The notes beneath the pieces are model-generated. The model did not search any database and was not told the origin of the DNA. It saw only the letters and a list, made by a program, of their open reading frames with translations. Positions 18,733-27,387 of a DNA stretch of 64,000 nt are shown here, in pieces; position 1 is the stretch's first letter, and the number at the start of each line of letters is the position of its first letter. Origin of the DNA: a virus (Duplodnaviria; Caudoviricetes); IMG/VR virus record IMGVR_UViG_3300037067_016086, positions 25,816 through 89,815 of that record. One strand, written 5' to 3'. Both the position numbers and the translations under genes were made by a program.

Positions 18733-19866
18733 CTAGGCGGCGGCCTGCGCCTCGACGTTGTCGAGCAGCGTGCCCGCGAGCTGCTGCAACTCCAGGGCGC
18801 GGTCCGCCGTCACGCTGGCGTCCTGCGCGAAGAGGCTGAGGGCGTTGGCGGCGCGCCAGATGTTGTTGCCCGGGGGCAGCATGACGACGTCCGGGGTGTT
18901 GTAGGTGTCGACCAGCGACTTCTCCTCGCCCTTGGTCAGCTTGCCGAGCTTGCGGAGGGCCTCGAAGGCCTTCTTGACGTCGATCTCGGTCTCGCTGGCG
19001 CGGCGCACCCGCCCCAGCTCGTCCTCGATGCGCGCCGGGTCGAACACGTTCTTGATGACGTCGGTCATCGCGCTGATCGTGGCCGCCGTGTCCAGCCGGT
19101 AGGTCTCCTCCGAAAACTCGAAGTCATCCGTGAGGCGCTTGCCGAGGTGCACCTGGCGGTAGAGGTCGTCGCGCATCATGCCGTTGAGGCAGACCAGGCG
19201 CAGCACCCCGAACCGCATCTCGACCTTGCCGTCGCCGTAGTCGCTGTTCTTGAGGGTGGCGGTGACGATGCAGAGGCCGCGGGGGTCGGTCGGGACCGGG
19301 TCGTAGACCGTGGGCAGCGCGACCGTGACCGCGTACTTCGTGTCGTAGGCGTGCCCCGAGGTCGGCACCGCGCCGAAGCCCTGGACCGTCTGCCGGATGA
19401 AGTTCTCGAAGATCGGGCCGGAGTCGAGGCGGCGGTACTTGTCGGTCAGGATGCCGCGGACCTCGCCGTGGACCGCGCGGACCAGCATGCGCTCGCGGTC
19501 CATGTGCTGGTAGATCGTGTTCAGGTTGAGGGCCATCAGGTCGGCCGCCCACTGCTCCTCCTGCTCCATCAGCTTGCGGTGGGTGGTCGCGCCGACGATG
19601 TTGGTCCGCTCGACGCCCTGCCCGAGCGCGTGCGGGTGCAGCGCCATCGTCTTCATGTCGCCGTTCTTGCCGATGTCGATCACGATCTTGTGGGGGTCGA
19701 CCGCGCGGAAGTGGAAGCTATCGATCGGGACGATGTAGTCCTGCGGCCGCTCGGCCTCGATCCGCGTCAGCGTCTCCACCGCCTGCGCGCGCCCGTTGTT
19801 CAGGATCGCCTCGTACTTGGCCCGAATGGCCGCCACCTTGTCCTGCGCCGCAACGAAATCTGTCAT
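18733..19866 (-). CDS. DUF932-family phage/plasmid protein
   Basis: VRGILTDKYRRLD, NSDYGDG, GVLRLVCLNGM, HLG motifs. Confidence 0.8.
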   Translation of the reverse strand: MTDFVAAQDKVAAIRAKYEAILNNGRAQAVETLTRIEAERPQDYIVPIDSFHFRAVDPHKIVIDIGKNGDMKTMALHPHALGQGVERTNIVGATTHRKLMEQEEQWAADLMALNLNTIYQHMDRERMLVRAVHGEVRGILTDKYRRLDSGPIFENFIRQTVQGFGAVPTSGHAYDTKYAVTVALPTVYDPVPTDPRGLCIVTATLKNSDYGDGKVEMRFGVLRLVCLNGMMRDDLYRQVHLGKRLTDDFEFSEETYRLDTAATISAMTDVIKNVFDPARIEDELGRVRRASETEIDVKKAFEALRKLGKLTKGEEKSLVDTYNTPDVVMLPPGNNIWRAANALSLFAQDASVTADRALELQQLAGTLLDNVEAQAAA

Positions 19867-19936
19867 GGGGAACCTCCTGGTTGGGGCCAGCAAACCGCTC
19901 GGGGTAATTCCCGATCCAGCGCCAGCCTGCAATCCC

Positions 19937-19964
19937 ATAATAAGCCCTGGCGTGCGTTTGTCAA
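19937..19964 (-). promoter_or_regulatory. sigma70-type promoter
   Basis: TTGACA-N16-TATTAT. Confidence 0.7.
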
Positions 19965-20015
19965 CCAGGGAAGTGACGGGGGCCGGTCGATTTTTGTGGG
20001 GCCGAGATTCGGGAC

Positions 20016-20621
20016 TCAGGCGATCGAGCTGAGGTCCGGGACCGCGGCGATGAGGAAGGCGCGGACGGCTTCCGGAGTGTCCAGGGAGATCGGGTACTCG
20101 CGCTCCCCGACGGTGAGGTAGAGGACGGGGCGATCGTTCATGGCCAGAACCCCGTGGCTTCCGACAAGGCCCACGAGCGGCTCCACCTCGCGATCGATGC
20201 GGTACTCCGCACCCTCTGCTATCCATTGAAGGGACGCCATGTCCTGGAACCACTCGACGATCTCCTCCGGATCGTCGCGTTCCTCTGAGTGGTACCCGCC
20301 GACCATGAGGCCAACCAGGTGGCGCATCACGCCAAAGGCGCAGGCATCGAAGGCGCGCACGGTCGTCCAGGACACGAACGCGTCGTTGAGGGGAACCTCC
20401 CCGGCGCTCTCCCAGACCGGACCCCATTGTGCCTTCGACGCAGGTACGTCATCCACTACGCTACCGTTCGCGTCCAGGGTCCTGATCCTCCCCGCATCCT
20501 GCCGGGTCCGGGACTGCCACTCCAGTCGGATCGCCTCCTCCGTCCGGACCGCCCGCACCCACATTCCGTTTGGGCTTCGAACGTAGTGCTCCAAGGGCAG
20601 CGCGCTCTTTCTCGCGGACAT
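20016..20621 (-). CDS. hypothetical protein
   Basis: ORF from MSARKSAL. Confidence 0.55.
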   Translation of the reverse strand: MSARKSALPLEHYVRSPNGMWVRAVRTEEAIRLEWQSRTRQDAGRIRTLDANGSVVDDVPASKAQWGPVWESAGEVPLNDAFVSWTTVRAFDACAFGVMRHLVGLMVGGYHSEERDDPEEIVEWFQDMASLQWIAEGAEYRIDREVEPLVGLVGSHGVLAMNDRPVLYLTVGEREYPISLDTPEAVRAFLIAAVPDLSSIA

Positions 20622-20913
20622 CGTCGTACTCCTTCTGCGACAGCAAGTGCGATCGGAGCACCTGCCGCCGCTTCCCCTCCAGGTCCACGAACGCCCAGAA
20701 GTCGCCGGGCTTGCATTGGTGCGCCTCGCTCCGCTCGACCCGATCCAGGTCGTCGCGCATGGCCTGCGTGTAGGCGGGCTTGCGGCACTTCGTGAAGCGG
20801 GGGAAGACGACGAACTGCCCCTTCCCAACGTGGAACGTCATCGGCTGCGACGTCCAGAGATCGAGGGCAGTCCGATCCGTCTCAGTTAGGTTTCCCTGGT
20901 TCCGTGGGGCCAT
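20461..20913 (-). CDS. hypothetical protein
   Basis: ORF; 3' end overlaps next gene by 161 nt. Confidence 0.5.
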   Translation of the reverse strand: MAPRNQGNLTETDRTALDLWTSQPMTFHVGKGQFVVFPRFTKCRKPAYTQAMRDDLDRVERSEAHQCKPGDFWAFVDLEGKRRQVLRSHLLSQKEYDDVREKERAALGALRSKPKRNVGAGGPDGGGDPTGVAVPDPAGCGEDQDPGRER

Positions 20914-21940
20914 CGATCTTGCCCGTCTGGACGAACCGCGCGCGCATCGCCGCCAGGTCGTCCTGTGCCTGCTTGTCCCCCGCAGCCTCCGCAGCCTTGA
21001 CCTCTTCCGAGATCACGACGTCGCGCTCCGTCGCGCGGCGCTGCATGCCCTGCTGCATCAGCTCGCCCAGGTTCGCAGCCTCCTCGGGCTCCAGAGGGCC
21101 GTCGCACAGGGGCTTCTCCCACGCTTCCCCGGCGTCCATCTCTTCCTCGATCCCAGCGTTTCCGTACGGCAGGCGGGCCTGGTCCTCGGCCTCCGACTGC
21201 TGCTGCGCCATGTGGGCACCGGCATCGGCGATGCGCTGGCTCAGGTCCTCGCGCCGGGACACGGCCGCGGGGCTCCACGCGGCGCCCTCCTCCTCCTCCG
21301 GGATCTGCCCGAACATCCGGATCGTGCCACCCTCGGGGAAGGCCACGTCGGTAGACTCGTAGCTCGCCTTGGCGTCCTCCTCGTCGGCGAAGACCTCGAT
21401 GATCGGAGGCTCCCCGTGCGGCTGCGGCGTCTCCATGACGTAGAACTGGAGGTCGGACCTCCGGATGTGCCCGGGAACGATCTCGTCGTCTGGCGACGTC
21501 GGCGCTGCGGACGGCGCGAGTCCCACCGGCATTTTGTACCCCGGAGGCATGCACCAGAGCATCGTCTGGGAGAGGTTAAGCTCCCTGTCGATCGACGGGT
21601 ACAGCTCCACGGCGTCCGCCTGCGGGTGCACCAGCTCGTTCTTGATGCGCTGGAGGTCCCGCCAGGGCGGCTGCTTCTTGTCGTGCCTGGAGATGATCAG
21701 GTGGACGATCGGAACCCCCTGCGGGCTCCCGTCGGGGCCCTGCATGAAGAACCCGTTGCTCACCGTCCTGGACACGCCGACCACGTAGAGGTTGTTGCGG
21801 AACGCCGCGAGGATGCCCCGCTTCTTGTCCTCGTCCGCGATCTCGATGGGCATGAGCGGCTGCCAGGGGCCCTTGCGCATGGCCGCCGCACGGTTTCGAT
21901 CGACGACCGGGTGGTGTTTGTTGTTGTGATCCTTCGCCAT
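20882..21940 (-). CDS. conserved phage protein (W..LQ.IKNE...AVE.YP family) with acidic tail
   Basis: PPWRDLQRIKNELVHPQADAVELYP. Confidence 0.7.
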   Translation of the reverse strand: MAKDHNNKHHPVVDRNRAAAMRKGPWQPLMPIEIADEDKKRGILAAFRNNLYVVGVSRTVSNGFFMQGPDGSPQGVPIVHLIISRHDKKQPPWRDLQRIKNELVHPQADAVELYPSIDRELNLSQTMLWCMPPGYKMPVGLAPSAAPTSPDDEIVPGHIRRSDLQFYVMETPQPHGEPPIIEVFADEEDAKASYESTDVAFPEGGTIRMFGQIPEEEEGAAWSPAAVSRREDLSQRIADAGAHMAQQQSEAEDQARLPYGNAGIEEEMDAGEAWEKPLCDGPLEPEEAANLGELMQQGMQRRATERDVVISEEVKAAEAAGDKQAQDDLAAMRARFVQTGKIDGPTEPGKPN

Positions 21941-21944
21941 CGCG

Positions 21945-22268
21945 TCACCCGATCCGAGCGCTCACGCGCATGTCGAACTTCACCGGGCGGCCGTTGCGCA
22001 GCACCGCCAGCACGTCGATGGAGCGGTAGTTCTTCTCCATCCACGTCCCCAGCGCCTCCTTGTCGGCGAACCCGAACACGGACGCCAGAACCAACGGCGT
22101 GGTCGGCACTCCCGCCTCTCTGTAGATCACGGACCACGGCTGCGTCATCGCGTCGCGGATCTCCGACTGCGGGCCCGACAGATCGAGCACGCTTCCGAGC
22201 AGGTCCGCCGGGATCTGCAACACCAGCTTCGAACGGTCATCGACCACAACTTCCACGCTCCGGCTCAT
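21945..22268 (-). CDS. hypothetical protein
   Basis: ORF, high GC3. Confidence 0.65.
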   Translation of the reverse strand: MSRSVEVVVDDRSKLVLQIPADLLGSVLDLSGPQSEIRDAMTQPWSVIYREAGVPTTPLVLASVFGFADKEALGTWMEKNYRSIDVLAVLRNGRPVKFDMRVSARIG

Positions 22269-22269
22269 C

Positions 22270-22455
22270 TCATGCCTCCTTCTGGCGCTCGGCTTCGAGC
22301 GCGTCCATCCTGTCCATCAACGCAGCGTTCAGCCGCGCCATCTCTACCGCATCCATCTGCCAGCGCCGCTCCTCGGCGATAGCCCAGAACCTACCGATCA
22401 GCCACCCCACCAGGAGCGTCCCCATCAGGACCAGCGTCCATCCCCACCACGGCAT
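22270..22455 (-). CDS. small membrane protein
   Basis: N-terminal hydrophobic helix WWGWTLVLMGTLLVGWLIG. Confidence 0.6.
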   Translation of the reverse strand: MPWWGWTLVLMGTLLVGWLIGRFWAIAEERRWQMDAVEMARLNAALMDRMDALEAERQKEA

Positions 22456-22969
22456 TTCTCGCCTCCAACATCCGCCGCCACGCCACGATGCGGGTGCGGA
22501 TCAGCTTGGCCGCCGCGTCCAGCGGCGACAGGGCCAGGCCAACCTCGGCCTCCATTTCCTCGCCTACGCGCATCGCCGGGTACCGGCACACGCCCGCGGG
22601 CTCGAACCTGGTAGCGCTCCAGGCCGCGATGAGATCCTCGTCCGCCCAGATCTCGCTCCCGAGCAGCGTGTTGACCTCTCGGAACAGCAACTCGATCATG
22701 GCCCGCGCGTTGTCGGTCTTGGTGACCTCCATCTGCGCGATCTTCTCCGTCGTCAGGATCTCGTCAGGACCCTGCTGGGCCGACAGCGTGATGTCGATGT
22801 GGACCAGCTTCCACACCGGAACGTCCTGCCGCAGCGCGTCCTTCTCGATCACCCTCAGGAACGCCACCTTGAGGTACACGTCCTGGCCACCGATGACCAG
22901 CTTGCAGGTGAACCCACGCAGGCCGTCCGTCGAGAACGCCGCCGCATCGATCTCGCGTCGTCGATCCAT
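22391..22969 (-). CDS. stand-alone TSCPD-like domain (class II RNR C-terminal domain-like)
   Basis: KLVIGGQDVYLKV...F.PAG...SPLDAAAKLI pattern; GGAGG RBS. Confidence 0.5.
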   Translation of the reverse strand: MDRRREIDAAAFSTDGLRGFTCKLVIGGQDVYLKVAFLRVIEKDALRQDVPVWKLVHIDITLSAQQGPDEILTTEKIAQMEVTKTDNARAMIELLFREVNTLLGSEIWADEDLIAAWSATRFEPAGVCRYPAMRVGEEMEAEVGLALSPLDAAAKLIRTRIVAWRRMLEARNAVVGMDAGPDGDAPGGVADR

Positions 22970-22980
22970 GGTCCTCCAGA

Positions 22981-23047
22981 AAAAAGCGGGGCCCCAAGGG
23001 AGACTGGATGTGGGGGGCATCTGGTGCCTCCCCGGGGCCCCATAAAA
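22981..23047 (-). terminator. long GC stem-loop followed by a T tract (intrinsic terminator or small structured RNA)
   Basis: GGGGCCCCGGGGAG...CTCCCTTGGGGCCCC-GC-TTTTT with inner GATG/CATC hairpin. Confidence 0.6.
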
Positions 23048-23048
23048 C

Positions 23049-23936
23049 CTACCAGACCGTCTGCTCGCGGATGTCGCCGCCCATCTCCTGTACGATCCGC
23101 GCGATCTTCATCTCGTAGCTCAGGCTGCGCACGTTGCCCGGCCAGAACGCCCAGGGCTCCAGGCTCCGGTACATGAAACGCCTGTAGACCATGCCCGTGA
23201 TCACAGCCTTCGCACCGTCCCGGTCGCTCAGGATCTCGTCCAGCGTCGGGACGCGGCAGTAGAACCCGATGCCACACTTCTTGTTCCCCATGGGATCGAT
23301 GATGCGCGCGTAGCGCTCCCAGACCTGCTGACCCAGCCCCAGGTCGGCGCCGATGTGAGCACGCGCCTTCTTCCACTTGGGGTCCTCCATCACGGCCTTC
23401 ACGTCGTCCGCCGTCCACCGGTTGAAGATCCGATCCGCCGGGACCAGACCCAGCCCGCGCGCTGCCTTGCGGCTGTTCGGTCCTATGGCGCAGGAATCGC
23501 CACGGCTCTCAGACCAGATGGTCCCCATCACCGCCCAGGCCGGAATCCAGTTGATGTTGTACTCCCGCATCCCAGCCAACACGTGCCGAGCTAGGAGGTC
23601 GGCCCGAGCGGGCTGCTCGTCCTCGGGCGTCGAGACGCCGCACTTCCACCACTGCTTGCTCTCCTTGCGGGTCTTCCGCAGGAACCCCTCAGCCATCCGG
23701 ACAACCAGCTTCTCGCCCGCGGCGCTGAACGTGGGCAGATCCTCCTGAACCGTAACCGTCGCAGATCCCATCCTCTCGGCCAACTCGACGTCCGCCGCCA
23801 GCTCCGCCGCCATCGCCTTGTCCTCGGCCGCTTCGACCTCCCACGCCGCGGCATCCGAAGGCCCCGCCTTCACCGCGACCGCACCCAGGAACATCACCAG
23901 GATGGCACCAGCCATCAAAAGCATCGCTACTCGCAT
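23049..23936 (-). CDS. signal-peptide-bearing lysozyme/lytic transglycosylase-like protein
   Basis: N-terminal hydrophobic signal; TIWSESRGD (catalytic Glu-Ser) and DLGLGQ motifs. Confidence 0.6.
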   Translation of the reverse strand: MRVAMLLMAGAILVMFLGAVAVKAGPSDAAAWEVEAAEDKAMAAELAADVELAERMGSATVTVQEDLPTFSAAGEKLVVRMAEGFLRKTRKESKQWWKCGVSTPEDEQPARADLLARHVLAGMREYNINWIPAWAVMGTIWSESRGDSCAIGPNSRKAARGLGLVPADRIFNRWTADDVKAVMEDPKWKKARAHIGADLGLGQQVWERYARIIDPMGNKKCGIGFYCRVPTLDEILSDRDGAKAVITGMVYRRFMYRSLEPWAFWPGNVRSLSYEMKIARIVQEMGGDIREQTVW

Positions 23937-23991
23937 GATTCACCTCCGCCCGCCACTATACCACAACCTGGGAACACGCCAGAAGGGGTCA

Positions 23992-24378
23992 TCAGGATCG
24001 CCCGTCCCGAGCCGGTGCCGGGACCCTCACGCCCTTGGCCCGCAGGGCCCCCTCGCTGTCGTCCTCCGCGGTGGTTGCCGTCCCTACCACCTCGATCGTG
24101 GCGCTGCCACAGCGAGGGCACACACCGCCCTCACGTTGCTCCCTGGTCTGCACCTCGGCATCCGGCGCCCCGGCCGTCCACCCGCACTTCTCCTCGTGGA
24201 GCTGCGTGTGGTGGCAGGTCCCTCGGAACCGATACCCCGGGCACGAGCAGGTGAGCGTGCCATGGAGCAGGGAAACCTCAATCGTATAGGACACATCCTC
24301 CGACTTGGAAGATGGCATCTCGAACTTGGCCAGGCGGCGCACGGCAGGGCACGCCTGGATCATCCGCAGCTGGCCCAT
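23992..24378 (-). CDS. SWIM zinc-finger protein
   Basis: YTI...TCSCPGYRFRGTCHH plus CPRCG. Confidence 0.75.
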   Translation of the reverse strand: MGQLRMIQACPAVRRLAKFEMPSSKSEDVSYTIEVSLLHGTLTCSCPGYRFRGTCHHTQLHEEKCGWTAGAPDAEVQTREQREGGVCPRCGSATIEVVGTATTAEDDSEGALRAKGVRVPAPARDGRS

Positions 24379-24381
24379 GGC

Positions 24382-24777
24382 CTACCTCCGAGGGTTCCCC
24401 ATGGCACGGTCGAAAACCTCGGACGCGTACGCCTCGTCGCCGAGGACCGCGTTGACGAAGGCCACGATCATGAGCAGCGTCTTCCGGTCCTTGGCAACGT
24501 GCGGCGGCAGCTTCTCCGCCACGTAGTGCTCCTCGAAGAAGGCCCCAGGTGTGAGCGGGAGCGTACACCAGCAGCCCATGGCGAACACGGAAACCATGAG
24601 GTCCCCCTCCGAGGACCCCAGGATGTCGGCCTCCAACGCTGTGATGGGTCGCGCGAACAGCAGCCAGCGGCGCCCGTCTCCGGGCTGCCACTCGACCGTG
24701 CCACCGCCGTCCAACCCGCTCGCCAGGCTGAGCTTGTCCTTTGTCCCCTTGTACTTTCCGATCGCCGGTATCCGCAT
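24382..24777 (-). CDS. hypothetical protein
   Basis: ORF with GGAG RBS. Confidence 0.65.
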   Translation of the reverse strand: MRIPAIGKYKGTKDKLSLASGLDGGGTVEWQPGDGRRWLLFARPITALEADILGSSEGDLMVSVFAMGCWCTLPLTPGAFFEEHYVAEKLPPHVAKDRKTLLMIVAFVNAVLGDEAYASEVFDRAMGNPRR

Positions 24778-24831
24778 CCTGTTCTCCTCCTGCCGCCGCA
24801 TCTTGCGGTCGATCCACTGGGGAGCTTGCTC

Positions 24832-25170
24832 TCAATCGTTTTGTTTGTCAACAGCCAAAGAGGATGGAGTCGGCTGGATCTCGTGATGAAGACCGCGCGC
24901 CAGGCGGCCGCGCTCTCGAACCACCTCGTTGGAGGGTTGGCTCCCGTCCGGCATCGGCGCCAGCGCCTGCGCGGTCACCACGATGTGGTCCCACTGGCGG
25001 CTCTCCAGGCGCGCCGTCTCCTCGCGCGCGCAGCCCGGGCAGTACCGCTGCCGGATCACTACCTTGTTGTTCTCCGCGCTGTACACGTTCGTGTTGATGC
25101 TCAGCATCTCGTCACGCGGCACCCACTCCTTGCACCCTGAACAGAACCCGAACAGCGTGTGCTCACCCAT
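24832..25170 (-). CDS. zinc-ribbon hypothetical protein
   Basis: CSGC and CPGC; GGAGG RBS. Confidence 0.6.
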   Translation of the reverse strand: MGEHTLFGFCSGCKEWVPRDEMLSINTNVYSAENNKVVIRQRYCPGCAREETARLESRQWDHIVVTAQALAPMPDGSQPSNEVVRERGRLARGLHHEIQPTPSSLAVDKQND

Positions 25171-25612
25171 TTTGACCCTCCTCCACATCCTCCCGCTTGC
25201 ACTCCGCGCACTCCCCCTTCTTCGAACCGAAGGGCAGGTAGTTCCCGCACGTGTCGCACGCCCAGTTGATCAGGCCGCCGTCGCGCGCCAACTTGAACTC
25301 CAGCTCATCGCAGCAGATGGTATCGTCCGGCTCGATGCACCGCGTCTGCACGGTCACCTCGACGTACCGCTGAAGCGTCTTCCAGACCAGGCGCTTGAGG
25401 TCGACCGCCATCTGCTCCGGAGACCAGCCCGAACCGATGCTGCCGTCTCCGTGCCCCCGCACCTCCAAGATGCCCCGCTTCCCGGGCTGCGCGAACCCTT
25501 CTTCGTGCTTGAGGTCGAAGGGCCAGAACTCCTCCAGCGCCTCCTCGACGGCCCACGCCTCGTCGAGTGTAGCGACCTGCACGTCCACCCAGACCCGGTA
25601 CTCCTTGCTCAT
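25163..25612 (-). CDS. hypothetical protein with C-terminal zinc ribbon
   Basis: CDTC...CAEC; GGAGG RBS. Confidence 0.65.
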   Translation of the reverse strand: MSKEYRVWVDVQVATLDEAWAVEEALEEFWPFDLKHEEGFAQPGKRGILEVRGHGDGSIGSGWSPEQMAVDLKRLVWKTLQRYVEVTVQTRCIEPDDTICCDELEFKLARDGGLINWACDTCGNYLPFGSKKGECAECKREDVEEGQNG

Positions 25613-25649
25613 CCCGCCTCCATCCCCGCATCCCACAGGGGATCTACAC

Positions 25650-25679
25650 GTAGTATCCACAATGCGTTGTGTTTGTCAA
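25650..25679 (-). promoter_or_regulatory. probable sigma70-type promoter
   Basis: GTTGACAAAC box, weaker -10 (TACTAC at N18). Confidence 0.5.
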
Positions 25680-25816
25680 CAGCCTGCACACCTGGCCACC
25701 GTGGCGCCCACGAGGAATGCGATCAGGAAGATCGCGGACCAGCGGTACGCCAGCTCGCGGCCGCGCTCCTCCTCGGCCTCGTACGGCAACTGAAGTGGCT
25801 CACGATCACGCAGCAT
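25676..25816 (-). CDS. small membrane protein
   Basis: 46 aa, helix WSAIFLIAFLVGATVA; stop lies in the TTGACA box. Confidence 0.55.
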   Translation of the reverse strand: MLRDREPLQLPYEAEEERGRELAYRWSAIFLIAFLVGATVARCAGC

Positions 25817-26102
25817 CCGACTCCTCCTTCTCCGCCTCCCGCACGCACGCCTCGCAGGCGCGCGCGGGCTCCGCGGCGTTGAACCGAGTATGCCGCACCT
25901 GCACGTCGGGGAAGATGCGAAGCTGTCCCAGGGGCAACACGGCGCCGCACACGAGGCAATCCGCCGCCCGCCGTCCAGTCGACCAGCGTCGCACGCGGAG
26001 CGCCAGCAGCTCTTGCCTTGCCTGGCAGCACGCCTTGTACTTCCGTCCGGAACGGCACGGGCAGGGATCGTTGCGGCCGATCTTACTGGATGCGGTTGCC
26101 AT
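25806..26102 (-). CDS. SEC-C motif zinc-binding protein
   Basis: KIGRNDPCPCRSGRKYKACC. Confidence 0.85.
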   Translation of the reverse strand: MATASSKIGRNDPCPCRSGRKYKACCQARQELLALRVRRWSTGRRAADCLVCGAVLPLGQLRIFPDVQVRHTRFNAAEPARACEACVREAEKEESDAA

Positions 26103-26388
26103 TGATGATCGGCAGCAGGTCCTCGGGCTCCATCCCCCGGGCCTTCTGCTCCTCTTCCTGGGCGTCCAGAACGTCCTGCCGGTTGCGCTGCGCCTCCAGG
26201 ATCTGGTGGCCCAGGTCGCAGTCCGCCTCACCGAAGTCGAGGAGCAGATCGGTGAGCGCCTTCACCTCGCCGCTCAGCACGGCGATGGCCGTCTGCGTGT
26301 CGCTCCCCATCGACCCCTCCAGCTTGGCGTTGAGGGCCGCGGTGCGCTCCAGCAGCCGATCCCGTGTGATTTTCCGATAGTCGATCAT
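26083..26388 (-). CDS. coiled-coil hypothetical protein
   Basis: ORF downstream of promoter. Confidence 0.65.
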   Translation of the reverse strand: MIDYRKITRDRLLERTAALNAKLEGSMGSDTQTAIAVLSGEVKALTDLLLDFGEADCDLGHQILEAQRNRQDVLDAQEEEQKARGMEPEDLLPIINGNRIQ

Positions 26389-26431
26389 GCCACAATCCTC
26401 CCTCCGGACATCGCGACCGGCATCTGTGGGG

Positions 26432-26460
26432 ATATTAACTCAGCGGTGTGCGTTTGTCAA
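26432..26460 (-). promoter_or_regulatory. sigma70-type promoter
   Basis: TTGACA-N17-TAATAT. Confidence 0.8.
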
Positions 26461-26464
26461 CAGG

Positions 26465-26746
26465 CTATCGCTCGATGCCGTAGACGTCGTCGATGTTGAC
26501 GACCACGGCGGGCTCCCCGTTGACCTGGACGTCGGACCCCGCGTACTTACCCACGAGGATGCGGTCGCCGATCTTGACCGGCTCCGTGCCGGGTCCGATG
26601 CCGATCACGTTGCCCCACGTCGGGCTCACGGAAGCCGAGGTGGGCTTGATGATCCCGCCCGGCGTCCTCTGCTCCACGGGCTTGTCGCGCTGCATCAGGA
26701 TGAACTTGCCCAGCATCTGCACGTTTTTCTTCGACTCGTCAGCCAT
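26465..26746 (-). CDS. groES: GroES-like co-chaperonin
   Basis: TPGGIIKP mobile loop, VIGIGPG, VKIGDRILVGKYAG. Confidence 0.85.
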   Translation of the reverse strand: MADESKKNVQMLGKFILMQRDKPVEQRTPGGIIKPTSASVSPTWGNVIGIGPGTEPVKIGDRILVGKYAGSDVQVNGEPAVVVNIDDVYGIER

Positions 26747-26955
26747 CAGCGTCCCTCCTTGTAGGCCAGGCACTTGCGGCCCAGCTCGATTACCTGTCGG
26801 ATCTCCTCATCGGTCAGCTTGCTCGCCATCAGCTTGCAGCCCTTGCGCTTGCGCGCGTCGGCCATGAACAGGACCTCGTCGACCGTCAGCGCCGCGGCGC
26901 CGACCTCCTCCGCCAGCCCGAACGCCTCCAGGGTGGAGTTGACCGTGTGCGCCAT
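26746..26955 (-). CDS. hypothetical protein
   Basis: ORF, coupled. Confidence 0.6.
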   Translation of the reverse strand: MAHTVNSTLEAFGLAEEVGAAALTVDEVLFMADARKRKGCKLMASKLTDEEIRQVIELGRKCLAYKEGR

Positions 26956-26960
26956 GGCCG

Positions 26961-27167
26961 CTACTCCTCGAACGCCCAGCTCTCCAGGTTGGCGCCCGCT
27001 TCCTGGTCCACCGTCACCGGCCCCGTCACGGTCCCGTGGTACTTGTCCGCGATCTGCTGCGCCCTCGTGGCGTCCGAGTAGGCGCCCCAGGTCCGCACGT
27101 GGAACCCGATGGCCTGCCCCGTGGATAGCTCTTCTCGTGCCTGCGTCGTCACGATCCAGATCTGCAT
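26961..27167 (-). CDS. hypothetical protein
   Basis: GGAGG RBS, MQIWIVTT. Confidence 0.65.
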   Translation of the reverse strand: MQIWIVTTQAREELSTGQAIGFHVRTWGAYSDATRAQQIADKYHGTVTGPVTVDQEAGANLESWAFEE

Positions 27168-27180
27168 GTGGACCTCCTTG

Positions 27181-27253
27181 TAGCGGGGGCGTGATTCGAA
27201 CACGCGACCTTCAGGTTATGAGCCTGACAAGCTACCATCTGCTCTACCCCGCC
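27181..27253 (-). tRNA. tRNA-Met(CAT), initiator-like, no encoded CCA
   Basis: cloverleaf GGCGGGG..TCAGG-CTCATAA-CCTGA..TTCGAAT..CCCCGCT-A, followed by CAA. Confidence 0.95.
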
Positions 27254-27259
27254 TTGTTT

Positions 27260-27333
27260 TCGGAACGGTTGGATTTGAACCAACGGCCCCAGCGCCCCAA
27301 ACGCCGTGCTCTACCAGACTGAGCCACGTCCCG
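27260..27333 (-). tRNA. tRNA-Pro(TGG), no encoded CCA
   Basis: cloverleaf CGGGACG..CGGCG-TTTGGGG-CGCTG..TTCAAAT..CGTTCCG-A, followed by AAA. Confidence 0.95.
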
Positions 27334-27343
27334 ATTCGCAAAA

Positions 27344-27359
27344 GCGAACACGAGTTCGC
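27344..27359. promoter_or_regulatory. 16-bp palindrome copy (1 mismatch) at the tRNA promoter start site
   Basis: GCGAACACGAGTTCGC between -10 box and tRNA-Pro. Confidence 0.75.
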
Positions 27360-27387
27360 ATACTACCCGTTTCGGATCGTTTGTCAA
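27360..27387 (-). promoter_or_regulatory. sigma70-type promoter of the tRNA pair
   Basis: TTGACA-N16-TAGTAT. Confidence 0.75.

Noticed and set aside
24820-24852. TTGACA-N17-CAAGCT at the end of 24832-25170
   Set aside because: Plausible but the -10 lacks the first T; not listed as a supported promoter
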